A stretch of 64,000 nt of DNA from Octopus vulgaris (GCA_951406725.2 OX597825.1:10416001-10480000); one strand, 5' to 3'; shown: positions 10,870-23,979, counted from the first letter of the stretch. The notes: generated by a model from the letters alone, not told the origin. Translations and numbers: made by a program.

Positions 10870-13160
10870 ATCACAACCACCACCACAACAACCACCACCA
10901 CCACCACAACCACAACCACCACCACCACCACCACCACCACCACTCTAAGTCCCCCCCCCCAATAACAGCTTATCACAACGCTTCCAATATCACTACCACT
11001 TTGACACCACAAACCTGACCACATCCGACCACCACTTTTAAAAGACTACCTCCATAACACCACTACCACCACCGCCTAGATAAGGAAGTTTACGTGGGTC
11101 CATTGTGACCGTTCAACCTGCTAGAAATAGTGACAAAATCCCTAACAAAAACAAAAAGCAGGTTATCTTAAAATTGGAAGGATATATTGTTCGATGTAAA
11201 CACAGAAAGGAAAAAAGACGGGATTGTCATGGCAGGAACGCCCCTCAGCGTCGTTCTATTCCTGACGAGTTAACCTTGGGCTAAATAACAAAAACAACCA
11301 CAGAAACGCTTCTATACTAATTCCACCCTCTCCGCCGCCATTAACAGCATTATTGCCACCACATCACCCTCACAAACGCTACTCCTATGGTGACCGCCAA
11401 TGTTAACTTCGCCGAAACAGTAACAGTTATCACCACTACGACTACTAACGCCTCTACAACCACCACTACAATCAATACTTCTGTTACGGCCACTAGCTCC
11501 AACCGCCACTGCCCTATTACCACCAGTCCCACCATCACGACCACTACCACCATCACCACCACCAACATCACCACCACCAACATCACCACCATCATCATTG
11601 TCACCACCACTACCATCAGCATCACTAACACTCCCACCACCATCAACCCCACCACCACTTACACCGTCACCACCATTAACACCACCACCACCATCACCAC
11701 CTCCACCACCATCCTCGCCACCACCACTAACACCACCACCATCACCACCTTCACCACCACCATCACCACCACTAACCACCACCACATTAAGACCACCATT
11801 AAGACCACCATTAAGACCACCACCACCACCATCGTCGCCACCATCACCATCACCACCACCACCACCACCATCACAACCACCATCACAACCACCATCACCA
11901 CCACCATCACCACCTCCACCACCATCGTCACACCATCACCACCACCACCACCACCATCACCACCATCACCACCACCACCACCACCACCACCACCATCACC
12001 ACCACCACCACCACCACCACCATCACCACCACTATTAACACCACCACCATCACCACCATCACCACCACCATCAACTCCACCACCATCATTACCATCGCAA
12101 CCATCGCCATCATCGCCACTATCATCATCATCACCATCACCACCACCATCATCATCATCATTACCATCGCCACCACCTCCACCGTCACAACTACCACCAC
12201 CTCCGCCAACACCTCCACCACCACCACCACCACCACCACTATAAACACTGTTGCAGCAGCCATCACTGCTGATTCTACTTCAACGGCTGCTACCGGCGGC
12301 AATCGCCATTGTTGTTGCACCCCGTCCCTCAACCCCCCCCCCCCCCAACCATCATCATCATTGTCATCGTCATCGTCAGCATCACCACCATCATTATCAT
12401 CATCTCTATCACCACCACAACCACTAATACTCCTGCTACATTGCCGTAACCTCCACCCCCTCCTACTGCTATTTCTAGCGCCACCACGAACGTCCGTTCT
12501 TCATTAACATCATCATCACCATCATCGTCATCACCACCAATTACATCACCCACACGTACACCATCACCACCTCCACCACCATCATCACAGCACCACCACC
12601 ACCACCAACAACAACAACAGCGCCATCGCCAGCAGCATCATTGCAGCCATCGTTAACAATAACAACAGCATCATCGAATTTATAAAACATTGGTTCACGG
12701 ATTCATCCGAAGTTGGTTTTAGACGCGCGAAATCCGGGAATAGGAAATAACTCTCGCTCTCATAACAGCAACAACAACAACAACAACAACAACAAGGCCA
12801 GCGGTAACAACTTATAACAGCGACATTAAGAAGAAGAAGAAGAAGAAGAAGAACGTTGATATCAAGTCTGCGAAGAATAATGAACAGACACGACAACAAC
12901 AATAGCTAGAACAACATCGGTTACTGCGGCTAAGAACTTAAAAACTAAAACAGCGATGCAGATATGAATCGATTGTCAAAGTTTTCTATCAACTTCGCTA
13001 ACAACTCGACTTCAACGACAACATCACGAAGAAGCTGTGGAAAAATAACAACTATAACTACAACAGCGATAACAACAGCAACAGCACCGCTGACACCACT
13101 AACAAAAACAACAACAACAACAACAGCAGCAACAAGAACGGTACAATACCAACGGCGACT
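10870..13160. repeat. Long degenerate (ACC)n/(ATC)n/(AAC)n trinucleotide low-complexity region
   Basis: Directly visible. Produces stop-free Thr/Pro/His and Gly/Val/Met ORFs in several frames. Confidence 0.9.
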
Positions 13161-13194
13161 GTAAGATTTCGAACGAAGGACAGGAGAATCGAAT

Positions 13195-13346
13195 TTATTT
13201 CTTTATTGCCCACAGGGGGCTAAACATAGAGGGGACAAACAAAGACAAACAAGAACAGACAAAGGAATTAAGTCGATTACATCAACCCCCAGTGCGTAAC
13301 TGGTACTTATTTAATCGATCCCCGAAAGGATGAAAGGCAAAGTCGG
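13195..13346 (-). mobile_element. SINE family A fragment
   Basis: Core plus the tttattgcccacagggggctaaacatagagggg module. Confidence 0.75.
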
Positions 13347-13483
13347 CGATTGTTAAAACATTCTATCGATATACCGTTGTGGATGTATAATCCGTATATC
13401 TTATCTGAAACAAATATTTACATATTCGCACGCGCACACACTGATATTTAAAACAAAACACTAAACATAGAAACATACATATA

Positions 13484-13876
13484 TATATACACACTGATAA
13501 GTATATATACACACATTGATAAGTATATATACACACATTGATAAGTATATATACACACTGATAAGTACATATACACACCTAGATAAGTATATATACACAC
13601 AGATAAGTATATATACACACATTGATAAGTATATATACACACATTGATAAGTATATATACACACATTGATAAGTATATATACACACTGATAAGTACATAT
13701 ACACACCTAGATAAGTATATATACACACAGATAAGTATATATACACACATTGATAAGTATATATACACACATTGATAAGTATATATACACACATTGATAA
13801 GTATATATACACACTGATAAGTACATATACACACCTAGATAAGTATATATACACACAGATAAGTATATATACACAC
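13484..13876. repeat. Minisatellite: ~21-bp GATAAGTATATATACACAC(ATT) monomers in a 128-bp higher-order repeat
   Basis: The variant cctagataag recurs at 13578, 13706 and 13834, an exact 128-bp period. Confidence 0.9.
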
Positions 13877-13890
13877 GTACTCACATGTAC

Positions 13891-14069
13891 CAGTACACCG
13901 CAACCTTTTTTCATTCGCGTTACACTCATATTTTTCTCAAAATTCAGCGGCACACCGGATATAAGCTAAAAACAGAAGGGAAAAAATTATAAACAGATTA
14001 AACTAGGGCACACCTGGCATCGTCTCGTGGCACCCCAGTGTGCCGCGGCTTACCGGTTGCAGAGCACTA
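13891..14069. mobile_element. hAT-like MITE (degenerate)
   Basis: Imperfect TIRs CAGTacaccGCAACC and GGTTGCagagcACTa, with ggcacacc/gtgtgccgcgg subterminal motifs. No clean TSD. Confidence 0.5.
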
Positions 14070-14321
14070 AATAGACCAAAGACCAAGGTGCTTATTTATA
14101 TACAAACACACACCTTTGTATATACCTGGACAGATAGATAGATACACGAAACATTGTCCATATACATCTATGTACACAAAAGCAATCACGCTTATCTACC
14201 TCTCCGGAATAATCTCTCCTTAACTCATTAAAGTTCCTTTGGTGTATTTTGACAACCATCCATACCCATACATACATATATACATACATATATATATATA
14301 TATACATACATACATACTTTT

Positions 14322-14765
14322 TTATATACGCATACATAAATACCTGCATATGTATACAGGTATATATATTCATACAACATACATACATTCAAACATATAT
14401 TATAAATAGCTACATACCCATACATACATACATACATACATACATACATACATACATACATACATACATACATTTTGACACACACTACATTTTGACACAC
14501 ATACGTTGTTCAAACACGCATACATAAATACTTGTGTATGTATACACATATATAGATTTATACAACATACATACATTCAAACATATTATAAATAACTACA
14601 TACCCATACATACATACATACATACATACATACATACACACGCACAGACACACACACGTTGTTCATATACGCATACATAAATACCTGTATATGTATACAC
14701 ATATATAGATTTATACAACGTACATACATTCAAACATATAAATAACTACATACCCATACATATAT
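14322..14765. repeat. Three tandem ~150-190-bp units built on (CATA)n
   Basis: cgcatacataaatac...atacaacatacatacattcaaacatat...ctacatacccataca occurs at ~14329, 14517 and 14670. Confidence 0.75.
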
Positions 14766-15046
14766 ATATATATACATATATAAATGTACACATTCTTACA
14801 CACACCCACTCGCTCCCATCTTCACTCACACACACATAAGTACAGACAAAGACACCTACAATATCACCATTAACAACAACACCAATACCAACTACCTTTT
14901 TAAACGCAAAAGCAACTGAGCCGTTTTAAACTTTGTCAACGTCGATAAGAGAAGCGTGTGGCATTTTCTGTTATAACAACCAACAACAGCAACCAATAAC
15001 AACGTTAGAAATAACAGCAACTCTACTTGTGACACTTATCATTACC

Positions 15047-15270
15047 TATTTCCTTATTGCCCACAAGGGGGCTAAACACAGAGGGGACAAACAAGGACAG
15101 ACATAAGTATTAAAGTCGATTACATCGACCCCAGTGCGTAACTGGTGCTTAATTTATCGACCCCGAAAGGATGAAAGGCAAAGTCGACCTCGGCGGAATT
15201 TGAACTCACAACGTAACGGCAGACGAAATACCGCTAAGCATTTCGCCCGGCGTGCTAACGATTCTGCCAA
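15047..15270 (-). mobile_element. SINE family A
   Basis: Near-consensus core and head, ending ~170 bp upstream of the GPCR ATG. Confidence 0.85.
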
Positions 15271-15442
15271 CCATCATCATCGTCATAATCATCTTTCGTC
15301 ATCAGTAACAACAAATAAAAAACGAGGATAACACTTCCAGCATCACCACCACCACCACATCACAAACAACAACAATAAGCAAAACATAAATACGGAACAA
15401 GTTGTTCGTTTATGCTTCGACGATCATAACCTTTTTGTAAAA

Positions 15443-16032
15443 ATGAATCGAAACCCTCTCGCGCCATCATTATTATCACACTCATCTTCGTCCTCATTAT
15501 CATCATCATCATCATCATCATCGTCGTCGTCGTCATCATCGTTATTATTTTCATTATCAGCATCAGCCTCAGCATCACTATCCTCATCATCATCTCTGAA
15601 CAACACTCTGAGCGAACTGAACGAATCCCTGGTAAAACCCTTTTTTCTGTCGGTGGCAAACAGCAGCGCCCTTCCCGAACTGGGACCGAGAGACAGAGAA
15701 GCAGCCGAAAGAGGGATCGTGAGTCTAAGCGGGATTATCGCCACCAGCCTCATGTTTTTCATTATCGGAGCAACAGGATTTTTCGGTAATCTCTTGGTCA
15801 TTTACTCTGTAATTAGTGACCGTAAAATGAGATCCTCCGTGACTAATTTATTAATTACTAATTTAGCACTTGCTGACCTTTCAACTTTGATTTCTGGAGT
15901 GCCGGATATCGTACTGTTTATTCTGAACCGTGGATGGCTACTGGGTGAAATACCGTGTAAACTGCATCGTTTCGCTATGGTCACTAGTTTATATGTGTCC
16001 GTACTTTCATTGTGCGCCGTGTGCATCGAAAG
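15443..16032 (+). CDS. First coding exon of a class A (rhodopsin-like) neuropeptide GPCR, galanin/allatostatin-A/npr-15-like; N-terminus to TM3
   Basis: TM1 GFFGNLLVI; ICL1/TM2 RKMRSSVTNLLITNLALADL; ECL1 WLLGEIPCK; TM3 ending CIER (E/DRY). N-glycosylation sequons NNT, NES and NSS. Canonical donor AG|GTAAGA at 16032/16033 (phase 2, inside the Arg codon). The subfamily call is from resemblance only. Confidence 0.92.
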
Positions 16033-16044
16033 GTAAGACGAGTA

Positions 16045-16428
16045 TATTTTTTCTACTCTAGATACAAGGTCCGAAATTTTGGGGGAGGGGGGCCATCGAT
16101 TAGATTGACCCCAGTACACAACTGGTACTTAATTTATCGTCCCCGGAAAGGATGAAAGGCAAAGTCGACCTCGGTGGAATTTGAACTCAGAACGTAAAGA
16201 CAGACGAAATACCTATTTCTTTTCTACCCACAAGGGGCTAAACACAGAGGGGACGAACAAGGACAGAGAACCGGATTAAGTGCGTAACTGGTACTTATTT
16301 AATTGACCCCGAAAGGATGATAGGCAAAGTCGGCCTCGGCGGAATTTGAACTCAGAACGCAACGTCAGGCGAAATACCGCTAAGCATTTCGCCCGGCGTG
16401 CTAACGTTTCTGCCAGGTCGCCGCCTTA
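16045..16428 (-). mobile_element. SINE family A, dimeric copy immediately downstream of the GPCR splice donor
   Basis: Head aaggcggcga on the minus strand at ~16428 and two cores. The tail begins ~12 bp after the donor. Confidence 0.85.
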
Positions 16429-16498
16429 GGAAGACGGGTAGATTGAGTTCATCGTGTCTGGTTCAAAGTTAATCATGTGTTGTCATGTGTTGCGGGCA

Positions 16499-16721
16499 CA
16501 GTGTCGTAACTAGGGTCCGTACAACCCGAAGCAGAACCCTTCAGTATGACGCTCCATCTCGCCACCGCCATACAAGCTTATACAGCACACCCGAGAGTGT
16601 CCATTCAATAAAAACGCCCCCTACTTCACCCACCCCATAAAGGTGAAACTACCATCGCCACAATAACCGGATCGGGCCCCCTTCCCATATCTACCCCTCC
16701 AACACACTAGCTACGCTACCG
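16499..16721. mobile_element. hAT-like MITE (degenerate)
   Basis: Imperfect TIRs CAGTGTCGTAACTAG and CTAGCTACGCTACCG. Confidence 0.45.
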
Positions 16722-17206
16722 GTTGCAATCCGTATAATACACAGACATACACACGCACGCACATATGCAGACATGCACGCACACACGCATGCACACACAC
16801 AAGCTTGCATATATGTACACACATATCCATACATATATATCAAAGCCTATGCAAGTACACATACTCAGTTATACACATGCATTTGTATATGTCCAAAACA
16901 CACATACTCGTATATACATACATGCAAACAACTTTACACATACACACACATACATACATACATACATGCATGCATACATACATACATATACATACATGCA
17001 AACATACATACATACATACATACATACATACATACATACATACATTTTGACACACACTACATACATACACACACACACACATATATACGCGTATATGCCC
17101 GGGCACAAACATACACATACAAGTATGCTCCTGGGGTCCCTTTCCAAACACGCATAAATATATCGACCGCATGTCAGTGCATGAGAGGACGAAAATCATT
17201 GAGTCA

Positions 17207-17740
17207 CAGGGGTGGAGGAAAACTTCTTAGAGCGGCAAACAAAATTTTCCAAAGAAAAAGCTCCGCGGGTGGATCACAAGTTCTAACACTTATACCTATG
17301 TAAATCTCGTATAGGTCTATGTATAATTCGATATACATTAATAAAGATAAGTTTAACACATCAAATTAATGTATAACCTATTCATTAACGCCACTATTGA
17401 ATTTAGGACGTTTATATTACTTATGAAGTATTCTATATTTTTCAGGTAGATTGTAGTTGGGCTTCAAAGGGTTGGTACAAACCTGGCAATACGTGTTTTA
17501 TAGTGATAACAAAATTTCTTTCAAATGGCAATCACCGGACGATTTTCTGTTCGTGTCTTAAGGTTTTAAGTCGTAATGAAAACGCGACTTACGTCGCAAA
17601 TAGGCATACGAATATTGTATAGATTTTATAGTTTAAAAAATTTATTATATTTTGTGTATACGAGTATACCAGCCAGCGGGCGCAATAAAATGGGCTCGCA
17701 GGCGCAATTGAGCCCGCGGGAGGGAGTTTCCCTACCCCTG
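17207..17740. mobile_element. hAT-like non-autonomous DNA transposon
   Basis: TIRs CAGGGGTGGAGGAAAACT and AGTTTCCCTACCCCTG, with GC-rich subterminal gcgggc/gcccgc motifs. The flanks tgagtca and tgatagtca resemble a decayed TSD. Confidence 0.6.
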
Positions 17741-18530
17741 TGATAGTCACAGTGGTAAACAATGTAAACAGACACATATAAACACACACATACACACATA
17801 TAAACACACACATTCACGCATACGCGTAGTCTCAAACATACATACATACATACATACATATATCAGGTTCCAAATGTGAATTAGTGTTAACTACATCTCA
17901 AAGATGGAGCCTTGTATCTTCGTTGGAAACCGGCTCCCTACCCAGTGGAAGATTTATAATGATTAGAAAATAGAAGACACCTACATACACACATACATAC
18001 ATACATACATGCATACATACATACATACTTAAATGTAAACAAGCGAAGCAGAGCAGGTATTACACCATCCAAGCACGCGTGTGTGAAGTGCGGTTATGTG
18101 TATCTGTGCACACGCGTGTGTCTGTGTGTGCGAATGAATCTGTGATGCAACGCGATCGCACGTGTTAGCAACGGTATTGCTTCTATATTATCCCTCTAAA
18201 ACACGCACCAACACACATAAAATAGGTATACATACATTACATATGTATATGAGTATATTTATATATATATGTATATAATTGTGTCTGGGCGAGAGTCATT
18301 CTGTTTTAATGCCTTATTAATTAACTCACTCACCGATTCGATTTCCATTCGTTCGTTTGTTTGTTTGTTTTTTTTTCTTGTTTCCAAAATTTCCGTTGCT
18401 TCTTGCAACCACTTTAACAGTCGTTGTCTCCGTCCGTTATCGGAGCTGCGTTCTTTTCGCACGTTTCTTTGTGCGCATGTGTGTACGTCGGTGTGTGTGT
18501 GTGTGTGTGTGTCTGTGTGTATGTGTGCGT

Positions 18531-18566
<36 letters not shown>

Positions 18567-18805
18567 GGTAGAAAATATTTTAGCGGGGAAACACACGTGG
18601 TGATATAGAGAGAGAAAGAGGAAAAGTGAAAAAACAGATTTGTTTCACAGGATTTAACAGTAAAACAAAGCTGTTTTTTCAGCTTTTCTCTGTCTCTCTC
18701 TCTCTCTGTCTCTCTGTCTCTCTCTGTCTCTCTGTCTCTCTCTGTCTCTCTCTGTCTCTCTCTGTCTCTCTCTCGCTGTCTCTGTCTCTGTCTCTCTCTC
18801 TCTTT

Positions 18806-18849
<44 letters not shown>

Positions 18850-18855
18850 GTATGA

Positions 18856-18900
<45 letters not shown>

Positions 18901-19098
18901 TTCATACATACATACATATATATATATATATGTATGTATACATACACACATGTATGCATGCATTCATACATACATACATACACACGTATTCATAAATACA
19001 TACCTCAGTATTGACTTTCTCACTGGTAATGCATTCCCTGTATACACTGCAAAAATGTAATTTATTCTTTTCCTAAACAAATTGCACTTCGTATTCGA

Positions 19099-19179
19099 GG
19101 CTCCGATGAAGCTGTAGGATGTTATGCAGGCACTCAAACTAAGAGTCCGCTGCATCTACAGCAGAAACAGCCGTAAGCC
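19099..19179 (+). ncRNA. Type-I hammerhead ribozyme motif with long stem II (core variant CCGATGA)
   Basis: ggct-CCGATGA-A-GCTGTAG..ATGCAG..ACTC-loop-GAGT..CTGCAT-CTACAGC-A-GAAA-CAGCCG-T-A-agcc. Confidence 0.7.
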
Positions 19180-19384
19180 AATCGTGAGCCAAATACCCTA
19201 TCCAGTAAGCCACTCGCCCTCACACACACATACACACACACACACAAACCGCAAAAATCTTCAGTTATTGAATACTTAATATATCCGAACACACGTGGTT
19301 CTATTTCGTACGCGTTCTCTTATGCGTACCACTGTATATTAGTGTGTGTGTGTATCTGTGTTAAATATATGCATACTCACACAC

Positions 19385-19435
<51 letters not shown>

Positions 19436-20029
19436 TACTATTGGAAGACTGTAGGGAATATTTTTTGTATGACCTAAAGATTTGGTCGTTGTTTAGTTAC
19501 ATCATTTAGGAATTGGTTATAGATTTATTTATTGAATATATTTACCGATACTGTTGTACATAGGGTTAATGTGTTTGTAAGTTGGGGTTTTTTAACAGAG
19601 CCGTATTGAATGGTACTGCCCAGGTGTCGAAACTATAATGATATCCGTGGGGCAGCTGATGATGGAGTTATGTTGGATTGTTGGTATGGCTGTTTTTGCA
19701 TGTGTGGAATAGTATTACCGCACATCCTTTTGATATATCAATGTATGTATATATTAGTGTGTGTATATATCTGTGTGTGCTTATATCTGTGTATATGTGT
19801 GCGTATGTACGTACGTATGGATGTACCTATGTATGTATACGTGTGCGCGTTAGTAAGCGTGTGTGTTCGAGAAAAGGAAAGAGAGAGAACTTTAGCTAGG
19901 ATCGTAATCGAAGACTGGTTGGTGTTCCCTAACATGTGGGTTGAATAGCACACACACACACATACACACATACACACACACATATATACACACACACATA
20001 TATATATATACACATATATATATATATAT

Positions 20030-20078
<49 letters not shown>

Positions 20079-20290
20079 TACACACAAATATGTGCACAAA
20101 CACACGTATCCACATATACACCCACACACATATGAATATACACACTCTCACACTCACACACACATGTATACAAGAACACGCATCTATATATACACCCACA
20201 CAGACACACACAAATATACGCTTCAATTCCTATTAGTTTGACTAGGATACACAAAAATACACACGTACAAGCTTGTGGGAGCAGATACCA

Positions 20291-20350
<60 letters not shown>

Positions 20351-20409
20351 AAGAACTTACTCTTAGACACGACCTTTTTCTATATTACAGACAGATAACA
20401 CGCGTGCGC

Positions 20410-20475
<66 letters not shown>

Positions 20476-20589
20476 CTCTGTGTGTGTGCTTGTGTAAGCG
20501 CGAGTGTATGTGTACGCGCGCATATATGTATATGTGTGTGAGTGTGTGTGTACTATATATATATATATATATAGCGATCAATCATTCGT

Positions 20590-20780
20590 CATGATAGATC
20601 GCTAGTCACTACACATTCTTTATTTTCTCTCCTTGTTTCTTTCTGTGTTCCTTTCTGTGGAAGAGCGTAGGCTCGAAAGAAACGTTAAATACTTTTTCAA
20701 TTCTCGAGCGTTATACTAATACATCTGTTTGTTATCTACACCACATGTCTTCGTCTTTTGCTTTTTGTGAATTTTCCCTA
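20590..20780 (+). mobile_element. Short hammerhead-like element (family E)
   Basis: Homologous to 22128-22262 (-) and 37950-38106 (+). Motif cttt-CTGTGGA-A-GAGC-gtag-GCTC-GAAA at 20651-20690. Adjacent to (TA)n. Confidence 0.65.
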
Positions 20781-20863
20781 TATATATATATATATAGGGT
20801 ACCGCACGAGTGGAATTATATACGAAAGAAGGTTTGAAAATGCAAATTTTAAAAGATGTTTAT

Positions 20864-20908
20864 TTACTTTACCGGTTTCACTCTTTGGAAAAAGATTGTC
20901 AAAAGTAA
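20864..20908 (-). ncRNA. Degenerate minimal hammerhead motif
   Basis: Minus strand: ttactt-TTGACAA-TCTTT-ttcc-AAAGA-gt-GAAA-CCGG-TA-aagtaa. 6-bp stem I and palindromic ACCGGT; the core has 2 mismatches. Confidence 0.5.
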
Positions 20909-21619
20909 CATGTAGAGGTTTGGTTGCGTTAATTATTGGTTGTTACTAATTGCTACATTACATATATACAGTCTTTGGTAACAGGGAGATGTTAAGGAAA
21001 TAAAAAAGTTCAACAAGTTTCTTAAAATATTGGGCACAAAATATAACTACATAAATAATCATTCTCAAGAACATGCTTAAGATAGTTTCCAGAAGGAATT
21101 GATATTGGTATTGGTATTGTATCTGTATATTCAAACACGCACAGAATATTGGTTGACACAGAGTACTACAATCCATATATATATACAATCTTTGGTGACA
21201 AGAGCATGTTGAGAATATAAAAAAGTTTAACAAGTTCATTGAAATATTGGGCACAAGAGATTACAACAAATATATTATACATTCTCAAGATAATTTCCAG
21301 AAGGAATTATTAAAAAGTTCAGTAGAATATTGGTATACACGTACAGAATATTATGAGTTCAAAAAGGTTTACATTATAATAGTAGTGAAGCTAAAACTGA
21401 CCTGTCCACCATATATATATATATATATATATATAATTTTATATAAAAATTCTGCATAAGAACAATTTATACTGAAGAATAACTCACTATTTTTCTTAGA
21501 GTACATATTTATCGTAATTTTACAAGTAAAGGGATAGCAGTGACTTCGAAGTTTCGACATGCCAGCTTTTGTCAATTATATACACACACATATACACATA
21601 TACACATGTACATATATGC

Positions 21620-22077
21620 ATATGGTTGTATAGTAAGAAGCTTGCTTCACAACCACATGGTTCTGGGTTCAGTTTCACTGCGTGGCAACTTGGGCTTGTG
21701 TCCTTTACTATAGCCCTCGGGCCAACCAAAGCCTTGTAAGTCGATTCGGTAGACAGGAACTGAAAGAGGCCCGTCGTATGTGTGTGTGTGTGCGCGCATA
21801 CTGGTTGCTGTGTGTACACGCATACTGGTTGCTGTGTGTACGCGCGTGTGTGTGTATATATATATATGTGTGCGTGTGTGTGTCTTTGCGTCTGCCTTTG
21901 TCTTCCTCTACACCACTTGTCAACCGGAGTCGGTGCGCTTACGTACCCGTGACTTAACTATTTGGTAAAATAGTGTAGCAGAATAAGTATTAGGCTTTTA
22001 AAACGGGTCGATTAATTCGACTAAAAGTTTTTCGAGGTTGTGCTCCTGCATGGCCGCAATCTAACGACTGAAACAAG

Positions 22078-22080
<3 letters not shown>
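21620..22080 (+). mobile_element. SINE family C
   Basis: Diverged full-length copy homologous to 4835-5268. Confidence 0.8.
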
Positions 22081-22127
<47 letters not shown>

Positions 22128-22131
<4 letters not shown>

Positions 22132-22262
22132 GAAATTTACAGAAAAACAAAAGACGAAGACAGGGGTGTATAAACAACAAGCAGGTGTATTTGTTTGATG
22201 CTCGGGAAGGTGAGAAAGTCTTTTATGTTTCGAGCCTATGCTCTCCAACAGAAAGAAACACG
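22128..22262 (-). mobile_element. Short hammerhead-like element (family E)
   Basis: Minus strand cttt-CTGTTGG-A-GAGC-atag-GCTC-GAAA-CA-TA-aaag at 22220-22255, between (TA)n and (CA)n. Confidence 0.65.
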
Positions 22263-23345
22263 ATGAAATATACACACACACATACACACACACACACACA
22301 CACATACACACACACATACACACACACACACACATGCACGTGTACACACACACAGACGCACACATGCACACACACGGGTCTAGTAAGCAAACGAATAAAT
22401 GAAGTCTTATTAAATATTCCGATCGTTTCAATAGATAGTGGAACTATTTCACCAATTTTGCGCATTGGCTTTTACATATAAAAAGAATATGTAAACTCAT
22501 ACAATAATTCATTAATGAGGCTGCCACCAGTCAGCTTATCAGAGAACTTAAAGTTACAATACCGGAGCGTATTTTGAATATTTCCAACAAATATAATGAG
22601 AGATGATATGTGAGAACATTTTTATAAACAAACATAGAAGGAACGAGTGAGTTGATAATTTAGATATGAAGGAAATTGTGAACGTAGGAGAATAGCAGCG
22701 AAAGCAGCTTAGAGAATCGAGTAAAACACCCTTATAAACAAGTGGCCATCACGATTTCTTTCACTTCTAAAATAGAGACACTATGTTTCAAAATATCAGA
22801 GTGATAATTTAACAGCAAATGTTACCTCTACCCAGGCTAAATTTTAGAAGATAGATAATGAAGATGAGGGGAATAGCAAATTGTCTTCTTTGATCTAATA
22901 CAATGCCACCAGTGCCATTGTCTCTGACTGGTCAAAAAGTGGTTAAGATTATTGTATAGTAATGGAGAGAAAGAAATCTAAATTATCAATAAGAAATTTC
23001 AAAGTGTTGGCCATTTAGTATTACAATCTCAGAATTGCCGGTAAAATGAAAAATAGAAGTTTAAAGAAAAATTAATGTGGAGATGACATTTAAAAAGAAT
23101 TATAGAAAGAAAATGTTGGGCAGTTAAAATGGCAGCGAAGAACAAATTAGTGCACGAATAAAACCAATGCACTGGGAACTAAACAAGTCTCGAAAATACT
23201 GTGTCGTCTACAATTAAACATAAACTAATTAATTAAGGACCAAATTAGATATAGCAGTTAAGACATGAGTGATTCGTTGGTTATACAAGAAATAATTCAA
23301 GTGGGAGTTGAGAAAATCAAAAGGGCAAGAATATGTGTAAATTTT

Positions 23346-23346
<1 letters not shown>

Positions 23347-23424
<78 letters not shown>

Positions 23425-23435
23425 TAATAATAATA

Positions 23436-23480
<45 letters not shown>
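23347..23480. repeat. (AAT)n microsatellite
   Basis: Directly visible. Confidence 0.95.
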
Positions 23481-23481
<1 letters not shown>

Positions 23482-23719
23482 GTAGGTGTAAACACATGAA
23501 CAAAATAAAAATAAACCAAAAAAAATTACACGAACGTATATAAACAGGAGATACAAATATTACAGGCACCCCCCCCACACACACACACACATACTAACTT
23601 AACATAGACACACATAGAGGTATACGCATGCGCAAATGAAGACACATACAATAGGAAAACAAAATACAAAATGGCTGACCGTTAGTAAGGAGAGACACAC
23701 AAATAAGAAAGAAAGCAAA

Positions 23720-23764
23720 GGACCACTGATGAGGTCACAGAAGTGTGACGAAAGAACTCTGGCC
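23720..23764 (+). ncRNA. Minimal type-I hammerhead ribozyme with intact catalytic core
   Basis: ggacca-CTGATGA-G-GTCACA-gaag-TGTGAC-GAAA-G-aa-CT-C-tggcc: perfect CUGAUGA and GAAA boxes, 6-bp stem II, 2-bp stem III, CUC cleavage triplet, imperfect stem I. Confidence 0.75.
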
Positions 23765-23924
23765 GAAATAAGATTAAGATTAATGTAAAAAATGAATAAC
23801 GCTGAAGCAAAGTAACACCAAATATATAGTGCGTGTGTTTTTATTGGCTAAACTGGCAAAATGACAGTTCCTAAATACAACAATATCTGTTTCAACACAC
23901 GATTTCACATCACAAATCTTGCAA

Positions 23925-23979
<55 letters not shown>

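Noticed and set aside
11387-12244. 285-aa Thr/Pro-rich mucin/extensin-like ORF
   Set aside because: It derives from a degenerate (ACC)n tract that is open in several frames on both strands, with no signal peptide or domain. Not called as a CDS.
13484-13876. CRISPR-like periodic repeat
   Set aside because: No unique spacers and a eukaryotic context; it is a minisatellite.
15360-16119. Minus-strand ORFs overlapping the GPCR exon
   Set aside because: Antisense shadows of the real exon and its TCA repeat.
22480-23340. Possible highly decayed Penelope RT on the minus strand (LVL..FMFN, TNLF)
   Set aside because: Only scattered short motif similarities across frames, with many stops. Needs a translated HMM search.
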